DNA of 52,941 nt, filler included, from Sphacelaria rigidula (lineage: Eukaryota), in assembly GCA_964200075.2 (NCBI GenBank). It is 4 parts of 4 records of this genome, joined end to end, with 100 filler letters (N's around TTAATTAATTAA, not from the genome) between each part and the next. Parts side by side here need not be neighbours in the genome. Positions count along the whole stretch, not along the records: positions 26,525 to 39,683 come from CAXNAA020003110.1; positions 39,784 to 52,941 come from CAXNAA020003111.1; 2 more parts are not named here. One strand, written 5' to 3'. The position numbers and the translations under genes were made by a program. The notes under the pieces were generated by a model. It ran no database searches. It was not told the origin of the DNA and saw only the letters and a list, made by a program, of their open reading frames with translations. Positions 39,181 to 49,489 of the stretch are shown here, piece after piece (position 1 is the first letter of the stretch; every line of letters starts with the position of its first letter).

Positions 39181-39399
39181 CTTATCTAGCGGCATGACTT
39201 TTTGCTCAGGGGGCGGAGAACAATGCACGAACATCGGCGCCTCCTTATCGGCGCCTCCCACCTCCCCCGGCGAAGGCGAACCCACCGGTGGTGAGGGTAT
39301 CGGTGCTCCTGTTTCCGACAGCTTCTTAGACTTCTTGCCGTGGCGCAACAAGCCGAGGGGAAGGGCGTCGTACTCATCGAGCATGAACCTCATGAGTTC
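39181..39399 (-). CDS. Probable internal coding exon (73 aa) of an unidentified, possibly decayed, multi-exon gene
   Basis: Acceptor tgtgcttgtcag|GAACTC and donor GATAAG|gtgaga. Open phase-0 frame ELMRFMLDEYDALPLGLLRHGKK...KVMPLDK. Confidence 0.5.
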
Positions 39400-39683
39400 C
39401 TGACAAGCACACACACACCCATACACACGAGCAAAAAGCTGAGTCGATGCACCTAAATCGTGCAGGAGTGAGTTGTCAGCCGCGATGGTGCGGTTCTTTT
39501 CTTTTCTCCCCCATCGTTAGGCATTTCCAATGCTACTGCACATATGCATGAATGGGTTGTACGATGTGTTCCGGGGTAAAGGTCGAGAGAAATCATGTAT
39601 TACCCGGTGACGGTTCAACGGAAGAACACGGACGACGAGGGTAGGGGGGGGGGGGGGGCGGACCTATTTGTTGGTTAGAGGGG

Positions 39684-39783
39684 NNNNNNNNNNNNNNNNN
39701 NNNNNNNNNNNNNNNNNNNNNNNNNNNTTAATTAATTAANNNNNNNNNNNNNNNNNNNNNNNNNNNNNNNNNNNNNNNNNNNN
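39684..39783. other. Assembly gap with artificial TTAATTAATTAA spacer
   Basis: Same 100-nt structure. Confidence 0.97.
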
Positions 39784-40092
39784 CTCGTGGCTCTCACGCC
39801 GGTTTTGGCCCCAAAAGTGCAGACCCTATCGCAGCACCACTCGTTCAGACTCAATACTGCACACGTCGGACGGATCAGTTTCTATAGGATCCGGGTCATA
39901 CCGCTCAAGTGTGAACAAACATGTGTTCCCGATTCGGGTGATGCAGTTCAACTAGTCATGGAACGGTCCTCGTGATCCGGATCTCATCGATCAAGAGGGA
40001 GGTATCTTGTATGGGTGATAAGGATACATAGGTTGTCCTTGACGTTTCGTGTACACCTGATTTGGATTACGTGGGTGTGCCCAAGGAGATAA

Positions 40093-40249
40093 TGTACGGA
40101 TCACACGGGTCATACAGATCATCATCAGACAGACATGTACGCATGGCACGGATCATACAGATCATCATCAGACAGACATGTACGGACCGCACGGATCATA
40201 CAGGTCATCATCTGACAGATATGTACGAATCGCACGGGTCATACAGGCC
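40093..40249 (+). repeat. 43-bp minisatellite, ~3.6 copies
   Basis: TGTACGGATCACACGGGTCATACAGATCATCATCAGACAGACA-type units start at 40093, 40136, 40179 and 40222. Confidence 0.9.
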
Positions 40250-40293
40250 AGTCATCACGCCATGTGTGCAGAGCAACCGGGTTTATAGGTTAC

Positions 40294-40736
40294 CACAAAC
40301 ATCTTACAAATTGGGGATGGATCTTTTATTGGGAATGAGAAACCCGGAGAATAAAAATCTTGGTATCCACACCAAATCTTTGGAATATGGTTCCATTTCT
40401 TCACCTAGTGATACAGTTATTGACATCTGCTACACGCCATAGAAATTTGGATTTCGATCACCGAAATGTTGGGGCCCTAAGTGAAAAATCAATTTCGGAA
40501 CCACTCTGACGTCCGTTCGGACACCCGGAATTCCCCAAAAATGCTTTCTGACCTAAGACCACAACATTTCCGTGATAGAAATCCAAATTTCTATGGCGTG
40601 TAGCAGTTGTCAATAATCATCAGTAGGTGAAGAAATGGAACCATATTTCGAAGATTTGATGTGGATACGAAGATTTTTATTCTCCGGGTTTCTCATCCCC
40701 AATAAAAGATCAATCCCCAATTTGTAAGATCCCGTG
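40294..40736. mobile_element. MITE family A, copy 2 (~443 bp)
   Basis: Colinear with 11684-12119, including the central CGTCCGTTCGGACACCCGGA and the terminal TTTGTAAGATCCCGTG. Confidence 0.85.
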
Positions 40737-41007
40737 TTCACACGAGAAATTCATTTTGATTAAACGGGTCGCAAAGGTCATTCAGCTGATGATCGAGCAG
40801 GCTTGCGGGAGATACCCGTGCTTCAACGCCGGCAATGTACACGTCAACCACTCTTCTCCGGAAATTTTCGTCTGACGCCGGCCGGATGTCATGATGAACC
40901 AATCGAGCATATTATGGCTGTATCTTGTTTCTCTTTTCTCCCGCCGCGCGTGAGTGTACACCCTGGAAATACGAAACCAGTCGTCCACACAGCCGCTGGC
41001 ACAACCG

Positions 41008-41308
41008 AATACTGTTCATTGTATACTTTATTTGGATGCGCCAACAGTGCACATCTTCAAAAAACGTATGCAGCCCTACGGTGGAACCATCCGGAATAAA
41101 ATATACGCACTTAATTTTCCATATGCCCGGGTTGCTACAGCCAACATACGGACTTGTGAACATGCACAGTGTACCAGGGCCATACGGGTTAGCAGGTGAG
41201 GATTGTTGAATACTGTTTCATGTATACTTCATCCGGATGCGCCGACCGTGCACATCTTTGGATAAAATATGCAGCCCTACCGTGGAACCACTCGGAATAG
41301 AATAGACG
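41008..41308 (+). repeat. Diverged direct duplication (~100-bp units, 200-bp period)
   Basis: GAATACTGTT...GGATGCGCC...GTGCACATCTT...TATGCAGCCCTAC.GTGGAACCA at 41008 and 41208. Confidence 0.85.
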
Positions 41309-41742
41309 TATTGCCTTCAGGAGACAGAGGCCGAGACCATGGATACCACCTCTGAATGCACGGAAAACCCACCCCAGGGGACGGCTGTTGTATAATTCCC
41401 TGCGCCATCATGCTGTTTATATACTACTGTGCATCACCCGTCTCTCATTTGGGCTCCAAGTGAGTTTTTTCATGCATTCAACTGCAAAATCTCAGAAACG
41501 TGGTCTGGCGGGTTACCGCCGATATCCCCCACGGTTCGATGACAACCTGGTTGAACTCAGCGTTGGAGATACCAGGCTTTCGCAGCCTTACGAACTCCTT
41601 CGCATCAATGAAAAAAGACAACTACCAACCGTATTTTGTCTACGAGCGTTGATGGTGCACCTGAGCGCAAGCTAGCGTACGCCCAGCGAAATCGTAGCAA
41701 GTTATGTTCAACTAAAAGCACCATCCATCATCTGTCGGACAC

Positions 41743-44700
41743 TCAAGGAGGATGACCAGATACTCCTAGCTCCAACTTCACGCGTGAATTCTCATCCACC
41801 TCTTCAGAGTGGACATCTTCCAACGCGCCGAGACACCAAGACACCACAGCTGGCGAACCACAGAGCCGTCCCGCATTCGCTCCACGACTGCTGCTGCTGC
41901 TGGACCTATCACCACCTCCCCCCCTGCTCCGACCATGCGGAGCGGTAGCCTGCTCGCTCCAAGCTCTCATGACATTGCCATCGTATGCAGCAGAAAAGAC
42001 TGCCAGCTCCATCTTCATTCCTGCCCCCGTCCTTGCCTCTGAGGGAATCCCACAATCAGTCACGAAGGGTAGCTGTTCTAAGAGCAGCGGGGCTGTTGTA
42101 CCACCCCGCCCGGGACCGGGGCACGCACTACGGCGAGTACCAATATAGTCGCTTCCAGTAGACCCAGAACATGCTGCGCGCTTGCGTTTAGATCCTCGTA
42201 CGTCAGCGACGATTCCCTCACCACTCTCCGTCGGACTGCGGTCCGAGGTGGTCACTCCAGTGCTGATCTCTTCGGTGCCGTACACCCTAGCTGTGTTGCA
42301 TGCAGTAGCATGATCGTGGCAGAACTTCGCCTCATCAAGGTTGCGTTTCTTGCAGATATTCAGTGTTGAGGATCCCTCATTGCTATACCTCTCGGTCTCC
42401 ACATTCACCATTTCCACTGTGGAATGCTTGGAGAACAACTCCGCCATGCTTCCCGCGACACCATGTGACGACTGCTTTTGACAGCTTTCATCACCGCACC
42501 TCTTTTGTACCAACTTCACCATTCCCGCCTTGACATGCTGCATGCAGAACTCCGCCTCCTTGCTTCCCGATACACCATACGATGCATGCGTTTGGCAGCC
42601 CTTTCCGCCGCACTTTTTCTTCACGCTCACCATTCCTGCCGTGGCATGCTCGGAGCAGAACGCCGCCTTCGTGCTCATCACCCCACCATACAACGGATAT
42701 TTTTGACAGCCCTCGTCCTTGCACTCCTTGCGCCTCATGTCCGCCATTCCCGCACTGGCATGCTCGGAGCAGACCTCCGCCTTCTTGCTTCCCGTTACAC
42801 CATATGATGGCTGCTTTTGGCAGCCCTCGTCTCTGCACTTGTTGTTTCTCACGTTCACCATTCCTGCCGTGGCATGCTCGGAGCAGAACTCTGCCTTCGT
42901 GATCCCCACCACACCATACGACGGATACTTTCGACAGCCCTTGTCCTTGCAGTTCTTGCGCTTCACGTCCACCATTCCTGCCCTGGCATGCTGGGAGCAG
43001 AACGTCGCCTTCGTGCTCCCCACAACACCATACGACGGATACTTTCGACAAAACTTCTCCTTGCATATGTTGCGCTTCACGTCCACCATTCCCGCACTGG
43101 CATGCTCGGAGCAGACCTCCGCCTTCTTGCTTCCCGATACTCCATACGACGGCTGCTTTTGGCAGCCCTCGTGTCTGCACTTGCTATTCCTCACGTTCAC
43201 CATTCCTGCCCTGGCATGCTCGGAGCAGACCTCCGCCTTCGTGCTCCCCACTACACCATACGACGGCCGTTTTCGGCAGCCCTCTTCGCCGCACTTGTTG
43301 CTCCTCACGTCCACCATTCCAGCACCAGCATGCTCGGAGCAGAACTCCGCCTTCTTGCTCTCCACTCCGCCATACGACGGTCGCTTTCGGCAGCCCTCTT
43401 CGCCGCATGTTGTGCTCGCCTTCACCATTCCCGTCCCGGCATGCTTGATGCAGAACGTCGCCTTCGTGCTTCCCACAACACCATACGACGGATATTTCCG
43501 ACGGATCTTGTCCGTGCACCTCTCGCTCCTCACGTCCACCATTCCTGCACTGGCATGCTCGGAGCAGACCTCCGCCTTCTTGCTTCCCGATACTCCATAC
43601 GACGGTCGCTTTCGGCAGCCCTCGCGTCTGCACTTGCTATTCCTCACGTTCACCATTCCTGCTCTGGCATGCTCGAAGCAGACCTCCGCCTTCGTGCTCC
43701 CCACCACACCATACGACGGCCGTTTTCGGCAGCCCTCTTCGCCGCACTTGTTGCTCCTCACGTCCACCATTCCAGCACGAGCATGCTCGGAGCAGAATTC
43801 TGGTTTGCTTCCCGATACTCCATACAACGGTCGCTTTTCGCAGCCCTCGTCTCTGCACCTGTTGTTCCTCGCGTTCACCATTCCTGCCCTGGCATGCTCG
43901 GAGCAGAACTCCGCCTTCGTGCTCCCCACAACACCATACGACGGCTGCTTTCGGCAGCCCTCTTCGCCGCACTTCTTGTTCTTCACGTCCACCATTCCTG
44001 CACTGGCATGCTCGGAGCAGAACTCCGCCTTCTTGCTCTCTACTCCACCGTACGACGGCTGCTTTTGGCAGCCCTCTTCGCTGCACTTCTTTCTCGCCTT
44101 CACCATTCCTGCCCTGGCATGCTCGAAGCAGACCTCCGCCTTCGTGCTCCCCACCACACCATACGACGGCCGTTTTCGGCAGCCCTCTTCGCCGCACTTG
44201 TTGTTCCTCACGTCCACCATTCCAGTACTAGCATGCTCGGAGCAGAATTCTGGTTTGCTTCCCGATACTCCATACGACGGTCGTCTTTCGCAGCCCTCGT
44301 CTCTGCACTTGTTGTTTTTCACGTTCACCATTCCTGCCCTGGCATGCTCGGAGCAGAACTCCACCTTCCTTCCTCCCAATACACGATACGACAGTCTCTT
44401 TCGGCAGCCCTCTTCGCCACACCTCTTCTCCCTTACGCTCACCATCTCCGTAGTAGCATGCTCGGAGCAGACCTCCGCCTTCTTGCTTCCCGCTACACCA
44501 TACCACGGATGCTTTTGACAGCCCTCGTGCCTGCACTTGTTGTTCCTCACGTCCACCATTCCTGCACTGGCATGCTCGGAGCAGAATTCCGGTTTGCTTC
44601 CCATTACATTATACGACGGCTGCTTTCGGCAGCCCTCGTCTCTACACTTCTTGCTCCTCACGTCCACCATTCCCGCACTAGCATGCTCGGAGCAGAACTT

Positions 44701-45120
44701 CGCCTTACTGCTTCCCGATACTCCATACGACGACTGCGTTTGGCAGCCCTCGTGTCTGCACTTGCTGTTCCTCACGTTCACCATTCCTGCCCTGGCATGC
44801 TCGGAGCAAAACTCCGCTTTCTTGCTCTCCACTCCACCATACGACGGCTGCTTTCGGCAGCCCTCTTCGCCGCACTTCTTGTTCTTCACGTCCACCATTC
44901 CAGCACTAGCATGCTCGGAGCAGAACTCCGCCTTCTTGCTCCCCACTCCGCCATACGACGGTCGCTTTCGGCAGCCCTCTTCGCCGCACTTTTTTCTCCC
45001 CTTCACCATTCCTGCCCTGGCATGCTCGAAGCAGAACTCCGGTTGATAGCCCTGCAACCCAAGCAATGGGTGCTTGGAGCAGCCTGCCTTGATACATTGT
45101 CTTTTGGCCATGTCGGCCAT
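41743..45120 (-). CDS. EsV-1-7 cysteine-rich repeat protein, ~24-25 tandem repeats plus C-terminal tail (1125 aa)
   Basis: 3.4-kb ORF starting with ATG. Repeats have the consensus KCxxEGCRKxPSYGVxGSxKAEFCSEHAxAGMVxV. Repeat 15 lacks its second Cys and the last two repeats are degenerate. The tail carries a basic GSKRKR patch. Confidence 0.92.
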   Translation of the reverse strand: MADMAKRQCIKAGCSKHPLLGLQGYQPEFCFEHARAGMVKGRKKCGEEGCRKRPSYGGVGSKKAEFCSEHASAGMVDVKNKKCGEEGCRKQPSYGGVESKKAEFCSEHARAGMVNVRNSKCRHEGCQTQSSYGVSGSSKAKFCSEHASAGMVDVRSKKCRDEGCRKQPSYNVMGSKPEFCSEHASAGMVDVRNNKCRHEGCQKHPWYGVAGSKKAEVCSEHATTEMVSVREKRCGEEGCRKRLSYRVLGGRKVEFCSEHARAGMVNVKNNKCRDEGCERRPSYGVSGSKPEFCSEHASTGMVDVRNNKCGEEGCRKRPSYGVVGSTKAEVCFEHARAGMVKARKKCSEEGCQKQPSYGGVESKKAEFCSEHASAGMVDVKNKKCGEEGCRKQPSYGVVGSTKAEFCSEHARAGMVNARNNRCRDEGCEKRPLYGVSGSKPEFCSEHARAGMVDVRSNKCGEEGCRKRPSYGVVGSTKAEVCFEHARAGMVNVRNSKCRREGCRKRPSYGVSGSKKAEVCSEHASAGMVDVRSERCTDKIRRKYPSYGVVGSTKATFCIKHAGTGMVKASTTCGEEGCRKRPSYGGVESKKAEFCSEHAGAGMVDVRSNKCGEEGCRKRPSYGVVGSTKAEVCSEHARAGMVNVRNSKCRHEGCQKQPSYGVSGSKKAEVCSEHASAGMVDVKRNICKEKFCRKYPSYGVVGSTKATFCSQHARAGMVDVKRKNCKDKGCRKYPSYGVVGITKAEFCSEHATAGMVNVRNNKCRDEGCQKQPSYGVTGSKKAEVCSEHASAGMADMRRKECKDEGCQKYPLYGGVMSTKAAFCSEHATAGMVSVKKKCGGKGCQTHASYGVSGSKEAEFCMQHVKAGMVKLVQKRCGDESCQKQSSHGVAGSMAELFSKHSTVEMVNVETERYSNEGSSTLNICKKRNLDEAKFCHDHATACNTARVYGTEEISTGVTTSDRSPTESGEGIVADVRGSKRKRAACSGSTGSDYIGTRRSACPGPGRGGTTAPLLLEQLPFVTDCGIPSEARTGAGMKMELAVFSAAYDGNVMRAWSEQATAPHGRSRGGGGDRSSSSSSRGANAGRLCGSPAVVSWCLGALEDVHSEEVDENSRVKLELGVSGHPP

Positions 45121-48100
45121 CAGCTTCTTCTTTGCGTGGTGCTCCTTGGAGACCTATTTGTTCGCGGTGGCACGATCGACAGAACGCCGGAGAGGTGTTG
45201 TGAGCTACAGCGGGAAGAACATTGAAATACTCTGCAGAAGTAATGATATTATTTTTGTCACACAGGAACTAGCACAACAAGAGCTATTTACATTCAAGGA
45301 GAATGACACTTCGTATACATTGGCCCCGCTTCTCCAAACCTTTCACCTGAGTCGATTTCAGCGAATAAGACATCCTCTACACTACGGCGGCTCGAATCAG
45401 CAGCGAACATATCACTGGTATATTGTAAAGCAAGATGAGCATGCTGCAGAAGCACACCATGCGTACGTGGTTGAGGAAGAGCCACCGTGAGAGCTATCGA
45501 GCCATGTCTAGATTGTCGGTTGCTGTATTCATGGTGGTCTCTGAGTCCGAACCTCATACATATCCGGAGCATTTTTCCTGCCGATGCTGGACCCACATGT
45601 GGATTCGGTTTCTATTTACGTTTTTACAAAGACACGTTCTGAGGTTTGGTGACGGGCAATTTATTGTGAAAAGTTCTTCTTGTTTTCCCCCCAAATAATT
45701 AGGGCTGCTCGAGGAACCACGTACATTACAGGGGAACAAAAAAATGCGACACAACCGCTGTATGTACTCTATTGTACTATTGACATCCCCATCACCGCTG
45801 CCCTGCACTACTGACACCCCCCTATCGAATGCACCGCATGACGTCTTCGTAGAGAAACGCATATACTGCACAGCACATACATCACCTTCATTCATCGAGT
45901 AGATGGCGGCCTGGGTCGTTTGTCCAACATTTGAAATCTTGGACAGGACAGTAGCTGAGAAGACGGGGGAGCACCAAGTGCAAGATGGGGTAACATGATT
46001 GAGCGCAACAAAAAATAGACGACTTCAACTAAGCAGTTTCGCCTGCCGCGCCTGCTGCTTTACCATGACCGATAACTGGTCCTCGATGCGCTGAGAGCTT
46101 GATGGCGGGGCGCTGGGACGGGCCATCATTTCGTTGCGACGAGTTACAACGTTCTGCACAGCCATCGTGTAGTCTTGTGGTGTCGACCACATCAAACGTT
46201 CCTGCCCGTGCCGCCCCGTTCCTCTTCGGTGCACATCTCATTGTCTCGCATGTCCTTTTTGGAATATTCCTTGGTGTTCGAGAGAGTTTCGATCAGACTC
46301 AAAGTTGTCGTTTTGGTTCGAGTGTGGTTCGAGAACGTGATTCTTCGGCGTGGTTCTTCGACATATGATTTTTTTTCATCTTGAAAAGATACGGCCCGAG
46401 TGAAGAGCTGGTGCAGTAGGATCGAAGAACGGTGCATCGCCCTGCCAGTACGATACAGTGAACTGCTGTGCGATACGGTACCGAGTACAGTACGGTACAC
46501 TGCATACTTGGTCATCGCCCTGGGGCATGGCGTTTCTGTTGCATTCGTTGTCCGTCAGACCCCGGTCAAGGAATAAAAGACTCGCGTAACTGAACTGCTG
46601 CGAACGGGACTGTCTGCTGTTCCAGTTTTGAAAAGAATATACGCCTCCTGTAATATATATCATCGTACGTCACCGTGCGTGCGTTCCGTGCGCAAAGAGA
46701 TTTGTTTTCTAAGCGTATCTTATCGTGATTTTCAACTAAGTGACGGAAGTTCAGAATGAGGGACAACTCAGAGTCGACTACGACGAGTGAACTCGGAATA
46801 CATGACGATAACAAAATCAAGCGCTACGACTCGCAAAAACTCAGACCCATAGCCGTTGGACGTATGTAGACATACCACGAGCCGCACCCCCTTCCAACTA
46901 CCGACCACTCTTTTTTAAGGCTCGCCACATGGTCGGCGCTGATCAATAATACTCATATCTAAAGGGAAACGTGAACGTAGAAAGCGCACGCAGAAGTGAT
47001 ACATACTATCTAACACAGCAACACATGAAACCAAGAGCTCCACCGTCCCCGCCAACACCCGACGCAGCTCGAGCCGTACTGATCAGGTGAGCACGTGGTG
47101 CTTGGCCTTGGTCTACTTTGATCAAAATTCTATGAGAAACAGCATATTGTAAGGTATGTACCAGAAAGTCGCACAGATGAAGACAAGCAACACCACGTTT
47201 TCCAGTTGAAATCAACAGGCACGCGGACGCCCCTCTTCCAATACGGCGTAGAGTTTGATCAAGCAAAGATTGCTGTGCGTAGATGAGCAAGGACTAGAGG
47301 AGGAGCTAAAAACGAGTGGGTGGTAGGTTTTCGCGCTTGTTCACGGGGCTCGTTGTATACATGTTGCGTTTCTGTGTCGCGTCTTTCTTGTGCCAGCATA
47401 GAGATGTTGGGTCAATCGTCACAGCTAGAATCGATGCATGCTTCGACCTATGCGCAGATTTGGATTGCATCTGAACAATGTGCGTTCAACAAGACTCGGA
47501 AGGGTCGTTTGGGGCAGATTTATGTTCGTGACCTAGCTAGCAACAGATTTCACCTCTCCCGCTAAGGCAAGACATTCCGTGAAGGTCTCTCCTCCGCCGT
47601 TTGGTTTAAAAATGGTTATGTGAGACTTATGCCCAGTTCAGAAATGCCCACATGAGTATTGCTGTGCATGTGAAGAGCGCTTGCTCCTTTTGTAATAATA
47701 CCGGAAATTAGGGCAATTCTTAGTTGACAACGTTTTGTGCACATCTTGTCAAATGTCAGGGCCAATTGTCCCCACTATTGCATCCAATAATAGCCCGGGG
47801 GGTGCAGATGTCGGGTCAAATGTTAACTATCAATTACCATCTCCGAGAGCCTAATCGGCGCGCTTCGTCACCACATATAGCCCACATAGATGTGAAGTAC
47901 TGTAGTGTATCCTTTCCTCCTCGTCCTAGGAGCACACATCACTAATCTTACGCTGCTCAGAGACATAATGTTCATCGTGAGCGAGTCTGTTTGTAGTATC
48001 TGTACAGACAATAGTCTCTTGGTGCGCGAACAAGTGTGCTGTGAGCTCTGTGTCGTTTGATAGGCTCGTATGTGTATGAAGGTTGTCGTTGGGACGGCGA

Positions 48101-49489
48101 AGTCAACGTGCCAGCACACCTCAGCCGCAAGCACGAGAGCCCCGGGGAACATTTTTCAACTTGATTACATACAAGCCCCGTGGTCACAGTCGCACGCCAC
48201 AAAGGCATCATGGTGATGCTGAACGAGTGCGTTCCCTGCTTCGCTAAAAAGCTGTGCAACTCTCTCAACCCTAAAATGGTTCGCTCGGGTCCGCCGGAGG
48301 GTTACGCTGTACAGACAGTTCAAACACACACCCCACGCACGACCGGGGTGCATTTGGGCTGCGGGATGGTTAGTGCAGCCCTCGCGAAAAGATGATGAGC
48401 GCAAGGCACGCGGCAGCTCCGGCACTGCGAGTTGAGGCGTGATGGGCTCGGGTTCTGGATACAGAGCTGTTTCTCTCGTGAGCATACATTTAGCGTTTGA
48501 CACAAATTCAATCGTGCCTGCTAGACGTAGCGTTGCGCCGGCAATCCGTTACTCATGCTTACGCCTTTTTTAGCGTTTCCACATCGTCGTGCATGGTGAC
48601 AATTATCGCGGCTTTCCGCGCTACTTGGTTCCCAGTTGATCAAGACAAAATACAGCACACAGCGAGTACAGGCTATTGTGAGAGTGACGTCGATATTTTA
48701 CATATGTGAGGAGGCAAAGTGTAGTACATGCTTTGAAGAAATACGAGGTGGCGCGACACGAGATGAGTCCTTGCTTTGGTGTTCATTCCCCACGGGCGGA
48801 CCAGGTTCATGGTGTTGCGAGAGTTTTTCCATTTTCGCTTCTCACTGTTTGCGACGTCACCAAGGTAACGTACAAAACCTCAAGATCAGCCTTGAAGAGT
48901 CTTGCGCCAAAATAAAGTGAAACAAATCAGAACATAACCTGACCTATCTCATCACCCCGTTGCGCCTTGCAGCAACGCACAGCCTCCGATTCAGCGACAT
49001 GGGCTCGTTGACTGTGCTTTACATGACGTGTGGACGAAGTTTTCAGCGCGTTGCAGCGCCGACAGAACGCGTATGGCCGTGTCTCCCGAACTGAGCACCC
49101 CTACAGGCGATGCGCGGATGCGTTTTGTCCAGATCGTCACTATCCAGTGGCCGTCCCAGTACAGATCGATGTTCGTTTGCAACCGCAGCGGATCATGATA
49201 GAGAAGTTGGTGCACCAGCATGTCCAGACATGCATCCACTGGCGGTACACGTAGTCTGGGCTACCGGAAAGTCGTTTTGTTAGTAATCCGTGCATTGTAT
49301 GCTTGGGGTGGGTGGGGACGTGTATTTCTCGTATCACATTCCCCACGATTGGGCTTCTTCAATCTAAACAGACATTCAGACACCTCCATACACAGTAGTG
49401 GCCGTTGGTATATTCCCATGACAAGCATTCTTCGCCTCCTCTCGTTTCGAGTGAAGGTCAGTATCCGTCCTTTCCCGTCATTAAAGGCC

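Noticed and set aside
13163-39783. Three identical TTAATTAATTAA motifs within N runs
   Set aside because: Artificial scaffolding spacers, not biological repeats.
40093-40249. Regularly spaced 43-bp repeats (also 31380-31965) as a possible CRISPR array
   Set aside because: The units are contiguous tandem copies with no unique spacers, there are no cas genes, and the context is eukaryotic.
42478-45225. Long + strand ORFs (599 aa, 802 aa) and alternative-frame minus ORFs overlapping the large EsV-1-7 gene
   Set aside because: Shadow ORFs. A repeat unit lacking stops in other frames propagates openness across the array, and the translations have antisense-type composition.
46025-49260. Short protein-like ORFs at 46025-46234, 48180-48395 and 48991-49239
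   Set aside because: Too short, with no identifiable motifs or consistent splice sites.
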